From: Candidatus Zixiibacteriota bacterium
GTDB taxonomy: Bacteria; Zixibacteria; MSB-5A5; UBA10806; 4484-95
Direction: 5' to 3'
Assembly: GCA_037441845.1 (NCBI GenBank)
Contig: JBBIRK010000005.1
Coordinates: 32,001-96,000 of the forward strand
Length of the DNA stretch: 64,000 bases
This document shows positions 1-8,083 of this stretch, in pieces; position 1 is the first letter of the stretch, and every line of letters starts with the position of its first letter. Both the position numbers and the translations under genes were made by a program. The notes under the pieces are model-generated. The model was not told the DNA's origin. It saw only the letters and a program-made list of their open reading frames with translations, and made no database searches.

Positions 1-1
1 T

Positions 2-355
2 TCTACCGGTCGGTTTTATCGATGACTTGACGATTGGGGCAAGCGTGCTCGGCGCCGGAGGACCGATTGTTACATTGAGGCTTTCCCGCGCCGTGTCGTC
101 GTTAACGGTGGAAACGAGTCTGAAAGTGAAATCACCGGGATCGACTTTAAGGAATGCCAGAAATCCACCTTCATCATGTACTGGAATACGTATCCCGTTG
201 ATTTTCAGCTCGGCACCCGGCTGGGTGTTGCCGAAAATGAAAGTCGAATCCACTAACGGTAAGCGCTGCCCGGCTTTCGGATAAATCACCTGAATATAGT
301 TGCCGGCGTAAGCCGCCGCATATAGGAAAATAATTCCCAGAATCACTCGTATCAT
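2..355 (-). CDS. Exported protein, runs off the window edge; N-terminus resembles N-acetylmuramoyl-L-alanine amidases with an N-terminal Ig-like region
   Basis: Not in the ORF track. ATG at 355 overlaps the epimerase stop (ATGA). Frame stays open to the edge: MIRVILGIIFLYAAAYAGNYIQVIYPKAGQRLPLVDSTFIFGNTQPGAELKING... with a signal peptide. The amidase call rests on recalled similarity and context; no catalytic domain lies in the window. Confidence 0.55.
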   Translation of the reverse strand, partial: MIRVILGIIFLYAAAYAGNYIQVIYPKAGQRLPLVDSTFIFGNTQPGAELKINGIRIPVHDEGGFLAFLKVDPGDFTFRLVSTVNDDTARESLNVTIGPPAPSTLAPIVKSSIKPTGR

Positions 356-1350
356 TTTCGCGCAATCACTCCAATCCCCGGGCGATTGGGATATTTCAGA
401 TAACCATTCACCGCTTTTACGCCGTCGAAAGGATCATCGTTTATCAAGATGTTGCCGTCGAGGTCAACGTAATCGACCAATGGCGCAATCTGGGCGGCCG
501 CAGAAATCGCAATCGAGGTTTCAATCATGCAGCCGATCATGACCTTCATTTTCAAGGCACGCGCCACACAAATCATTCTGTATGCCTCGCGAATGCCGCC
601 GCATTTTTGCAGCTTGATATTGATCCCATCGACTAGGCCGAAATATTGCGGGATGTCCTCGGCCCGCATGATTCCCTCATCGGCGATAATCGGTATATCC
701 ACTTTTTTTCTAAGAAGCCTGAACCCCTCGAAATCTTTCCAGTGCAGCGGCTGCTCCACGAATTCAATATCGTATTCAGTAAGCGTTTTTATCTTTTGAA
801 CCGCCTCCCGTGCGTTCCAGCCGGCGTTGGCATCGACCCGGATCCTGGCGTTGGTAGCCTCGCGCACGGCCGCCACCATATCGATATCTCCGGGAACTCC
901 TACTTTCACCTTATACACTTGGTATCCGGGATTTTGAATCGTCTGTTTTTTCATCGAATCGGGATCGCTGATCGAAATCGTGTAGGATGTTGCGATATCA
1001 TCCCGCGGAGTAATTCCATAAAGCGCATAGACGGGCAAATTCAAATCTTTACCGAGCTTATCGTGCAGAGCGATATCTATCGCCGCTTTGGCCGCGCCGT
1101 TGCCGGCGGCGATCGAATCCAGAGCGGTGGACAGATTTTCCAAGTTGTATATGTCAAGCGCAAGTTTTTCGGACACACGATCAATGAAGCTTAACACGGT
1201 CTCCACGCTTTCCCCGTAGTAATTCACCGGGGAAGCCTCACCGAGACCGCCGTCGATATCGACTATCACCAGGCGCTTGGCGTCGGCGGCTCCGTGCGTC
1301 GTTCTGAAAGTATTTTCCAACGTAACATCAACGGTACTTGTCTTGATCAT
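352..1350 (-). CDS. ykfB: Dipeptide (L-Ala-D/L-Glu) epimerase, enolase superfamily
   Basis: KxK motif (YKVKVG), metal ligands VDAN/VEQP/ADEG, second Lys in NIKLQK, and the DxD motif (YVDLDG) typical of dipeptide epimerases. Confidence 0.9.
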   Translation of the reverse strand: MIKTSTVDVTLENTFRTTHGAADAKRLVIVDIDGGLGEASPVNYYGESVETVLSFIDRVSEKLALDIYNLENLSTALDSIAAGNGAAKAAIDIALHDKLGKDLNLPVYALYGITPRDDIATSYTISISDPDSMKKQTIQNPGYQVYKVKVGVPGDIDMVAAVREATNARIRVDANAGWNAREAVQKIKTLTEYDIEFVEQPLHWKDFEGFRLLRKKVDIPIIADEGIMRAEDIPQYFGLVDGINIKLQKCGGIREAYRMICVARALKMKVMIGCMIETSIAISAAAQIAPLVDYVDLDGNILINDDPFDGVKAVNGYLKYPNRPGIGVIARK

Positions 1351-2291
1351 TATAATACCACCGCGTTTTCGGTTATTTCGAAAATGCCTTCATCGGCATC
1401 TATGGTTGCCATGACTCCGATAGGTATAGTCATGTTTTCCTTACCATGGCCGCAGGCGACATTCCATAATTGGGGGACATCCATTTCTCCGAAATAATCA
1501 TCGAGAACCCGTTCGACGGTAAGACTGGGATAGGTGCGGCGGGTAATTTTGCAATTCAAAAAGGGCCCGAATATGAACCCGGAAGCTTGCGCTATGTCGC
1601 TGGCGGCGAAAAGATGGGAGAGATATCCATCGAGCCGATACGGTTCCTCATCGACGTCTTCGAGGAATACGATCTTGCCGGCGAGTCGGGGCAGGTATGG
1701 GGTTCCTATCAGTTTTTGGAGAAGCGATAGATTGCCTCCGGTGAGATTGCCCGTAGCCCGACCTTTTCCACGCCGAACGAAATCGCCCATTCTTTTGGGG
1801 TTGGTCTGCGCACCAACCGGCGAGGAGCTGGTTATAATCCGGAAAAGCCTTTCGGTCGAATATATATAATTTTTGCGGCAAATATCGATCGCGGGCATCG
1901 GACCGTGAAAGGTAATGAAACTCCGACCGAAGGTTTGAAGCAATACGGTGATATCGGAATAGCCGACGAAAATTTTCGGATTGTTCCAGATGGTTTTAAG
2001 GTCGAGATAATTTAACAATCTTTGGCAGCCAAAACCGCCCCTGGCGCAGAACACGGCCTTGACTTTTTTATCGGCGAAAACCTCGTTCAGCGCATCGGCC
2101 CTCGTTCGATCGTCTCCGGCGAGATATCCCAATTTCATATAGCATTGCGGGTGAATCCAAACCTTATAGCCGTAACTTTGAATTCTCCTGACGCCGAGAT
2201 CGAGATTTCTTTTCGACGGCGTTCCCGAGGGAGCGACGATGGCGATCCTGTCACCGGGTTTCAATGCCTTTGGTTTTATTTTTCCGACCAT
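1350..2291 (-). CDS. ldcA: LD-carboxypeptidase (peptidase S66, muramoyltetrapeptide carboxypeptidase)
   Basis: IAIVAPS, ARGGFG, GYSDIT (Ser), GGNLS, LEDV (Glu), GHG (His). Start placed at ATG 2291 (MVGKIKP). Confidence 0.92.
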   Translation of the reverse strand: MVGKIKPKALKPGDRIAIVAPSGTPSKRNLDLGVRRIQSYGYKVWIHPQCYMKLGYLAGDDRTRADALNEVFADKKVKAVFCARGGFGCQRLLNYLDLKTIWNNPKIFVGYSDITVLLQTFGRSFITFHGPMPAIDICRKNYIYSTERLFRIITSSSPVGAQTNPKRMGDFVRRGKGRATGNLTGGNLSLLQKLIGTPYLPRLAGKIVFLEDVDEEPYRLDGYLSHLFAASDIAQASGFIFGPFLNCKITRRTYPSLTVERVLDDYFGEMDVPQLWNVACGHGKENMTIPIGVMATIDADEGIFEITENAVVL

Positions 2292-3397
2292 AAGTGATAG
2301 GCAACTCCGCCGTGAGCGACCCACACCCTCGTCAATTCGTCGATATCGTATGCGGCAAGCCCTTCCTGCGGATTGTCTCCGGCCGGGTCATTAACCAGGA
2401 CATTCCCCTTATCATCGAAACCGCGCACCACTATCAGATGCCCTCCGCCGGTGCTGTTGTAAGGCGCGCCTTTCAGCTTGCCGGGAGGGACATCGATACT
2501 GATTATGACGGGGTTGCCGGCGGCTATCTCCGGATATATTTCACCGAACGAGTTATGCCTTGCCAGCCAGGCTTTTGCCATCCCTAAATTATAGGCGGCT
2601 TGTATGTTATAAGGCCAATTGCCGTATATTTCATGTAAAGGATCATAGACGGCCAGACTCGTCTCCAGGTGATTATAATCGAGTCCGTGATAATTCAGGA
2701 CCATCGCCAGGCTGGTCGGGCTGCAGGTTCGGCTGGATATGGAATCGGGCAGTGTCCCTTGGGCGAAAAACGGAACCGACATCACAATCGGACTGATAGG
2801 CGATATCCGAGGATCATGACGAGCGGCAAGACTTGGGCCGGCGAAAGTGTTCGTATAGCAGATAGTCACCAAATCGACCATGTAAGGATAGGTGCCGCCG
2901 TTGAACGAATGAAAATCGAACGAGTAATTAGTATATTTACGATTCAATTTCAATATGTCGATATCCACTTTCCCGATCCCATGAATGCTGTCAGGATACT
3001 GATTTTTCATTGCGGTAATCAACGACTCGGGAAACGCTCCCCAGCATTGATAAAAAAACCTGTGCTTTATCTCTTCTTTATCGCCGATCCCGATTATGAC
3101 AGCCAGGCCGGCGTCGGTATCACAACGACAATTCCAGGTCAGAACTATTTCATCAAAAGGGAAATCGGCGCTGATAATCGGGCTGTATAAGCCGGCGTAT
3201 CGATCAGCGGCGGCGAATTTATCCGAATCGGATTGGGCATACATGTTTTCGAACCGGAAACCTATCCAATCACTCCCCTTGTCGAACATATCCAGACCGT
3301 GGATGGCTATCGGAGTCGCAGTCATTTCCCTCAGGACTATCAGCCCGGTCAGGGCTACGATGAAAAATAGGATTATAACCAATGCCTTAGTCTTCAA
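2276..3397 (-). CDS. Secreted or membrane-anchored C39-like cysteine peptidase
   Basis: N-terminal hydrophobic segment; C-terminal VPFFAQ...TCSPTSLAMVLNY (Cys), GHLIVVRGFD (His), VNDP (Asp); TTG start. Confidence 0.82.
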   Translation of the reverse strand: MKTKALVIILFFIVALTGLIVLREMTATPIAIHGLDMFDKGSDWIGFRFENMYAQSDSDKFAAADRYAGLYSPIISADFPFDEIVLTWNCRCDTDAGLAVIIGIGDKEEIKHRFFYQCWGAFPESLITAMKNQYPDSIHGIGKVDIDILKLNRKYTNYSFDFHSFNGGTYPYMVDLVTICYTNTFAGPSLAARHDPRISPISPIVMSVPFFAQGTLPDSISSRTCSPTSLAMVLNYHGLDYNHLETSLAVYDPLHEIYGNWPYNIQAAYNLGMAKAWLARHNSFGEIYPEIAAGNPVIISIDVPPGKLKGAPYNSTGGGHLIVVRGFDDKGNVLVNDPAGDNPQEGLAAYDIDELTRVWVAHGGVAYHLWSEK

Positions 3398-4187
3398 TTA
3401 TTCTCCTTACAGCTTTCAATCCGATCGACCGGCTTTTTAGATAGTTGGGCTTTTTCGCATTCAGACTGTTGATATGAACGCCGTTTTCCGAAACGCTCGA
3501 ATGGATGTATTCGTCCTCGGAAACGGCAACACCGACATGCCTTTTGAAAAACAACAGGTCCCCCGGCTTGATATCTTTTCGATCGATCTCGGTACCCATT
3601 TTTATCTGGTCTTTGGTGTCCCGCGGCAGTTTCAAACCGAAAAAGGCAAAATTGATCTGCACGAATCCGGAGCAATCGAAACCGAAAAAGCTCTTGCCGC
3701 CCCAAAGATAAGGTACTCCGAGGAATTTGAAAAGGTTATCGAGAAGAAGCTGAACCTTTCCCGAAACTAAACGGGGAATTCGCTCGAGCGGTATCGCGTT
3801 ACATTTATCGATCAAAAGAGCGCCGTAGCGAGGTGAATTTATCCTCAACCGGGAATCATCATGGTCGACAGCGTGAATCTGGGAGGCAAACGGCAAAAGC
3901 GTTAAGACTCTGGGGTTGCCCGATGAGCCGTCGGTCGCTTCGGCATATACGGAGGAAATTAGGTAATTTGCTTCACCCTGATCGTAATCCTCGGCCATGA
4001 AGCGATTGTTGATATAACCCTCGTAACCATCAGGCAATCTTACTAATGAATATTCATCGCCGCTTTCGAGAATCTCGAGTTTTTCATTGAATACAGCCTG
4101 CGTGAGTCGTTCCGACTTGAATTTCGGTTTGGCCCTGATATCGGCCACGTTAACCGCCACTCTGGTCACGAACTTTCCTTGCAGCAC
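3387..4187 (-). CDS. ykfC: SH3b + NlpC/P60 (C40) peptidase, gamma-D-glutamyl-diamino acid endopeptidase (YkfC-like)
   Basis: N-terminal SH3b-like segment; PYLWGG...GFDCSG (Cys), HVG and IHS (His residues); no signal peptide; clustered with ldcA and epimerase as in B. subtilis ykfABC. Confidence 0.85.
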   Translation of the reverse strand: MLQGKFVTRVAVNVADIRAKPKFKSERLTQAVFNEKLEILESGDEYSLVRLPDGYEGYINNRFMAEDYDQGEANYLISSVYAEATDGSSGNPRVLTLLPFASQIHAVDHDDSRLRINSPRYGALLIDKCNAIPLERIPRLVSGKVQLLLDNLFKFLGVPYLWGGKSFFGFDCSGFVQINFAFFGLKLPRDTKDQIKMGTEIDRKDIKPGDLLFFKRHVGVAVSEDEYIHSSVSENGVHINSLNAKKPNYLKSRSIGLKAVRRIIED

Positions 4188-5305
4188 CTGGGCAATCTTT
4201 CCGACATTCTGGTTAGAATCTCGTATGGAAAAGAGCCGGCGATCGAGGCCACCTCTTCGATTGTTATACGCTCATCGCCCTGCCGACCGATCAGCACGAC
4301 CTCATCCCCGGACTTGACATCTGGAATCCCGGTTATATCGGCCATTATCGCGTCCATGCAGACTTTTCCAACGATGGGGGCACTCCGACCATTTATCAAA
4401 ACCCGCCCTTTGTTCGAAAGCAGCCACGGCAATCCATCGGCATAACCCAAGGGAATAGTGGCTATAAGTGATTCCCGTTCAGGTGCGAATGTTCCTCCAT
4501 AGCCGATCGGCCGACGGGCAGGCCAAAGTTTAATTTTTATGACCTTGCTTTTAAGGCTCATCACCGGGAGGAATCGATCGGATAGCACGCCGTTCGGTGA
4601 CACACCGTAAAGAAGAATACCCACCCGGACTAAATTAAAACGATTTTCGTGACTATACAGCAGGCCGCCCGAGTTTTCGATACTTTTATAGGCGATGAAC
4701 TTTCCGTCATCAAGTTTATCGATCGTTTCGGCGAATTTCGAGTATTGCGTTTTCGATGAATTGCCTCCGTTCATCGCCGAGTTGGCGAGATTCGTGGCCA
4801 CCCCTATCACATTCAGATTTTTCAATTGCTGGATCGATTTGTAAAATCGACCGAGTTCGCCTGGATCAAGACCGTATCTTCCCATCCCAGTTTCGATCTT
4901 TATGAACACACCGGCTTTCTTGTTCAGCAAAGCCGCGGCGTTATTCAGAGCAATCGCATAATCAATATCATCGATTGTGGCGATCAGGTCGGATTTAACC
5001 AGACGCAAAGCCCTCTCCGGCAGATCCGGATACAAGACCACAATCGGGGTCCTTATACCATGGCTTAAGAGCTGTTCGCCTTCCTCGATCAATGCCACCC
5101 CTAAAAAGGCAGCCCCACACTTTTGGGCGCAGCGGGCGATTGCCGGCGCGCCGTGGCCATAGGCGTTGGCTTTGACGACAGCCATGATCGATATGTCATT
5201 TCCCGCCAGTCGGCGTATTTCCGCGAAATTCGCGGCGAATGCATTGAGATCGATTTCGAGATAAGCCGGACGGAAATCGTTCAATTTATCGGCGGCGATA
5301 TCCAT
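4166..5305 (-). CDS. alr: Alanine racemase family protein
   Basis: AVVKANAYGHG (PLP Lys), ETGMGRYG, IGYGGTF (catalytic Tyr), GYADG, VCMD. Start placed at ATG 5305. Confidence 0.9.
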   Translation of the reverse strand: MDIAADKLNDFRPAYLEIDLNAFAANFAEIRRLAGNDISIMAVVKANAYGHGAPAIARCAQKCGAAFLGVALIEEGEQLLSHGIRTPIVVLYPDLPERALRLVKSDLIATIDDIDYAIALNNAAALLNKKAGVFIKIETGMGRYGLDPGELGRFYKSIQQLKNLNVIGVATNLANSAMNGGNSSKTQYSKFAETIDKLDDGKFIAYKSIENSGGLLYSHENRFNLVRVGILLYGVSPNGVLSDRFLPVMSLKSKVIKIKLWPARRPIGYGGTFAPERESLIATIPLGYADGLPWLLSNKGRVLINGRSAPIVGKVCMDAIMADITGIPDVKSGDEVVLIGRQGDERITIEEVASIAGSFPYEILTRMSERLPRCCKESS

Positions 5306-6552
5306 GGTCGCCTGACCAGTTTCTGTTTTCGCCATAAATCCGAGACTGTTTCCCTTTCACGAATAAGGTAAGACTTCGTATCGTCCACAATAACCTCGGC
5401 CGGTTTCGGCCTGCTGTTATAATTCGACGCCATCGAAAACCCATAGGCGCCGGCGGTGAATATACAAAGTAAATCGCCCTCTTTCAATGATTGTAATTTT
5501 ATTCCTCTTGCGAATGAATCCGCGTTTTCACAAATCGGCCCGACGACATCGGTGGAATAGCGCCGGTTTCCCCGGAAAATGACCGGCTCTACGACATGGT
5601 GGGCGCCATATAGGGCAGGACGGATAAAATCATTCATGCCAGCATCGATTACGGCGAAACGCTTGCCCGCTCCTTGTTTAATATAAATCACCCTGGCAAG
5701 CAAAACACCGGCGTTGCCGATTATCGAACGCCCCGGTTCTACGATGAATTCGGCCTGAAGACCGCTGATATGCGGCAACAACGCCCTGACGTAATCATCG
5801 GGCATGGCGGTCTTGTCGGATTTCGAGTAGGGAGCCGCCCAACCTCCTCCAAGATCGAAATATCGCAATCGGATACCTTTTGCCAGCAGTTTCGAAAAGA
5901 GGCTCTTCAACTTCATAGATGCTTCGACAAAAGGTTTAACCGAACGTATTTGTGATCCTATATGCATCGAAATACCAACAGGGTTAAGCCATTTTTTCGA
6001 TTTAATCTTCAAGTATAGCCCTTCCGCCTCGCCGGCAGGTATGCCGAATTTTTCTTTTTTCAGTCCGGTGGCGATATGCCTATGGGTCAGCGGATTGACA
6101 TCAGGATTAACGCGCAAAGAAACGGGAGCGGCGATTTTCAGCTTGCCGGCGATTTTGTCGATCGTTTCCAATTCGTTCGCCGATTCGACTCCGAAGAACA
6201 CTACACCGCCTTTGAGCGCCCGCTCGATTTCATCTTCTCTTTTGCCCACGCCCGAGAATATTATGCGCTTTACGCCGGCCCTTTTGGCGGTAAGATATTC
6301 GCCGATCGATACCACGTCGCAACCATAACCGAGCTCGGCGATAATTCTCAACAACGTCAGATTCGAATTGGCCTTCACGGAATAGAATACGCTGTGCGAT
6401 AAACCGGCAAAGGCACTCGAGACCACCCTAAGATGACGGACTATTGTTTTCAAACTATAAACATAAAGCGGTGTGCCATACTTGTCGGCCAGACTCGTAA
6501 GCGGCACCTTTTCGCAAAACAACTCACCGCGACGGCGGTCGAAATAGTTCAT
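5281..6552 (-). CDS. lysA: Diaminopimelate decarboxylase
   Basis: YGTPLYVY, YSVKAN (PLP Lys), HIGSQ, EPGR, RPALY, GPICE, GAYGFSMASNYN. Confidence 0.95.
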   Translation of the reverse strand: MNYFDRRRGELFCEKVPLTSLADKYGTPLYVYSLKTIVRHLRVVSSAFAGLSHSVFYSVKANSNLTLLRIIAELGYGCDVVSIGEYLTAKRAGVKRIIFSGVGKREDEIERALKGGVVFFGVESANELETIDKIAGKLKIAAPVSLRVNPDVNPLTHRHIATGLKKEKFGIPAGEAEGLYLKIKSKKWLNPVGISMHIGSQIRSVKPFVEASMKLKSLFSKLLAKGIRLRYFDLGGGWAAPYSKSDKTAMPDDYVRALLPHISGLQAEFIVEPGRSIIGNAGVLLARVIYIKQGAGKRFAVIDAGMNDFIRPALYGAHHVVEPVIFRGNRRYSTDVVGPICENADSFARGIKLQSLKEGDLLCIFTAGAYGFSMASNYNSRPKPAEVIVDDTKSYLIRERETVSDLWRKQKLVRRPWISPPIN

Positions 6553-6553
6553 A

Positions 6554-8065
6554 TCAATAATTTTCGATAAAATACGCGCAAAGTTTATCCTGCCAGGCGG
6601 TCAATTCTTTTTCGGGGGCAACGGCGCCGTTTATGATAATGGCAAACGCAATCAGTTTTCCTTTCTTGCTGGTGAGATATCCCGAGAATGCGCTGACATT
6701 GGCGATTCGGCCGGTTTTGGTTCTCATCTTGCCGGCTAAGGGTTGACCGGGAAGGCGATTGCGAACGCTGCGGTCAACGCCCGGAATCGCCATGGAATTG
6801 TAAAAAATTTCGAACGTCGGGATAGTTTTCATATATTCAAGCAAGGAAATTATCGCCGCAGGCTTGACCAAGTTCAAAGCGGACAAACCCGAACCATCGG
6901 CCATTTTGACATCGTCTTTCGTAATTCCGATCGATTCCAGCCAATCGGCGACAACGCGAGTGGATACCGAAAAGGAACCCTCACCTCCCAGAGTTTTGCC
7001 TATGGTCTTCAACGTTTGTTCGGCAAAAAAGTTTTGGCTGTTCTTGTTGATAACCGACAATACCACAGGCAAAGAATCGGACAGCCAATCGAAAATAACC
7101 GTGCCGTCGTCGACGCTATGAAAGTCTCCGATTTCCCCTATGCCGCCCGAAACGAAAATTCCCTCCTCCCTTAAAACATGAAGCAGAACCAAAGCGGCGT
7201 ATCGATCAGGATCGGCCACGGAAATGTACTCGGTGATTCCGGCAGTATCATCGATCGCCAAGCCGCCGAATATCAGCGCCGAATCGCTGCCCGGATAACG
7301 ATAAAAATCTATTGTCGGGGGAAGACCGGCCGGCAAAGTAATGATGCGATTGACGAATTTGATAAAATCGAGCGGAGGATTCTGTCTCACCAGACAGGCA
7401 TCGCCCAATTTTCGCCCAGCGGAAATTTTCAAATCGACGCAATTATCGTTAAAGGAAAAGGCCGATATCGGACAAGCATACCAATATGAAAGATCGTCAT
7501 GCGACCAACCTGGACCGAGATCGTCGTCTTCGAAAAACGCATTATTCACCAGGATATTTCCGGAAATCGCACTGATTCCTCGTAATTTAAGACTATCGGC
7601 CCAGAAACGAAATATCTCAAGCATATCGTTTCGGAATCGACCCGAAATCAGTGGATCTCCTCCCGCTTCAATAATAAGATCACCTTCAAGTTTTCGTTTT
7701 GGATAGTCAATTTGACCATTTGCCGCCACCGACGTTTTGAAACGGAACGTCGGGCCGAGAAGTTGCAGCGCCGCGGCGCTGGTAAACAGTTTCAGATTCG
7801 AGGCGGGAATAAATCTTTTATCGGCATTCATTGCGAATAATACCGCACCCGATTCGATATCCTTAAATATCAAGCCTACATGAGCGCCGGCTATTGACTT
7901 ATCCAACAACAATGTCTCCAGCGACGCCGGCTGTGGGACCGCATTAGGATCAATGCAGAGAAACAGGACGCATGACAAAAACAGGCGGAGATGTAATTGA
8001 CCGGAATCAAGAAGCCTGCCCATTCCAAGAACGGGCAGGCTTTTTTTGAGTTTCGGGAGCGTCAT
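6554..8065 (-). CDS. dacB: D-Ala-D-Ala carboxypeptidase/endopeptidase (PBP4, peptidase S13)
   Basis: SxxK (PASNLK), GGDP, SxN (SQNFFAE), DGSGLS, KTG. Start uncertain (8065 or ATG 8023). Confidence 0.92.
   Translation of the reverse strand: MTLPKLKKSLPVLGMGRLLDSGQLHLRLFLSCVLFLCIDPNAVPQPASLETLLLDKSIAGAHVGLIFKDIESGAVLFAMNADKRFIPASNLKLFTSAAALQLLGPTFRFKTSVAANGQIDYPKRKLEGDLIIEAGGDPLISGRFRNDMLEIFRFWADSLKLRGISAISGNILVNNAFFEDDDLGPGWSHDDLSYWYACPISAFSFNDNCVDLKISAGRKLGDACLVRQNPPLDFIKFVNRIITLPAGLPPTIDFYRYPGSDSALIFGGLAIDDTAGITEYISVADPDRYAALVLLHVLREEGIFVSGGIGEIGDFHSVDDGTVIFDWLSDSLPVVLSVINKNSQNFFAEQTLKTIGKTLGGEGSFSVSTRVVADWLESIGITKDDVKMADGSGLSALNLVKPAAIISLLEYMKTIPTFEIFYNSMAIPGVDRSVRNRLPGQPLAGKMRTKTGRIANVSAFSGYLTSKKGKLIAFAIIINGAVAPEKELTAWQDKLCAYFIENY
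8012..8047. terminator. Strong hairpin, probable intrinsic terminator or attenuator between the TBDR module and dacB
   Basis: AAGCCTGCCC...GGGCAGGCTT stem; T7 tail on the + strand, TTCTTGATT tail on the - strand; about 40 nt after the stop at 8084. Confidence 0.6.
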
Positions 8066-8083
8066 CGGCCCCTTACACTTCCA

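Noticed and set aside
174..365. 63-aa minus-strand ORF in the track
   Set aside because: Wrong frame; the overlapping frame from ATG 355 has a signal peptide, stop-start coupling and stays open to the edge
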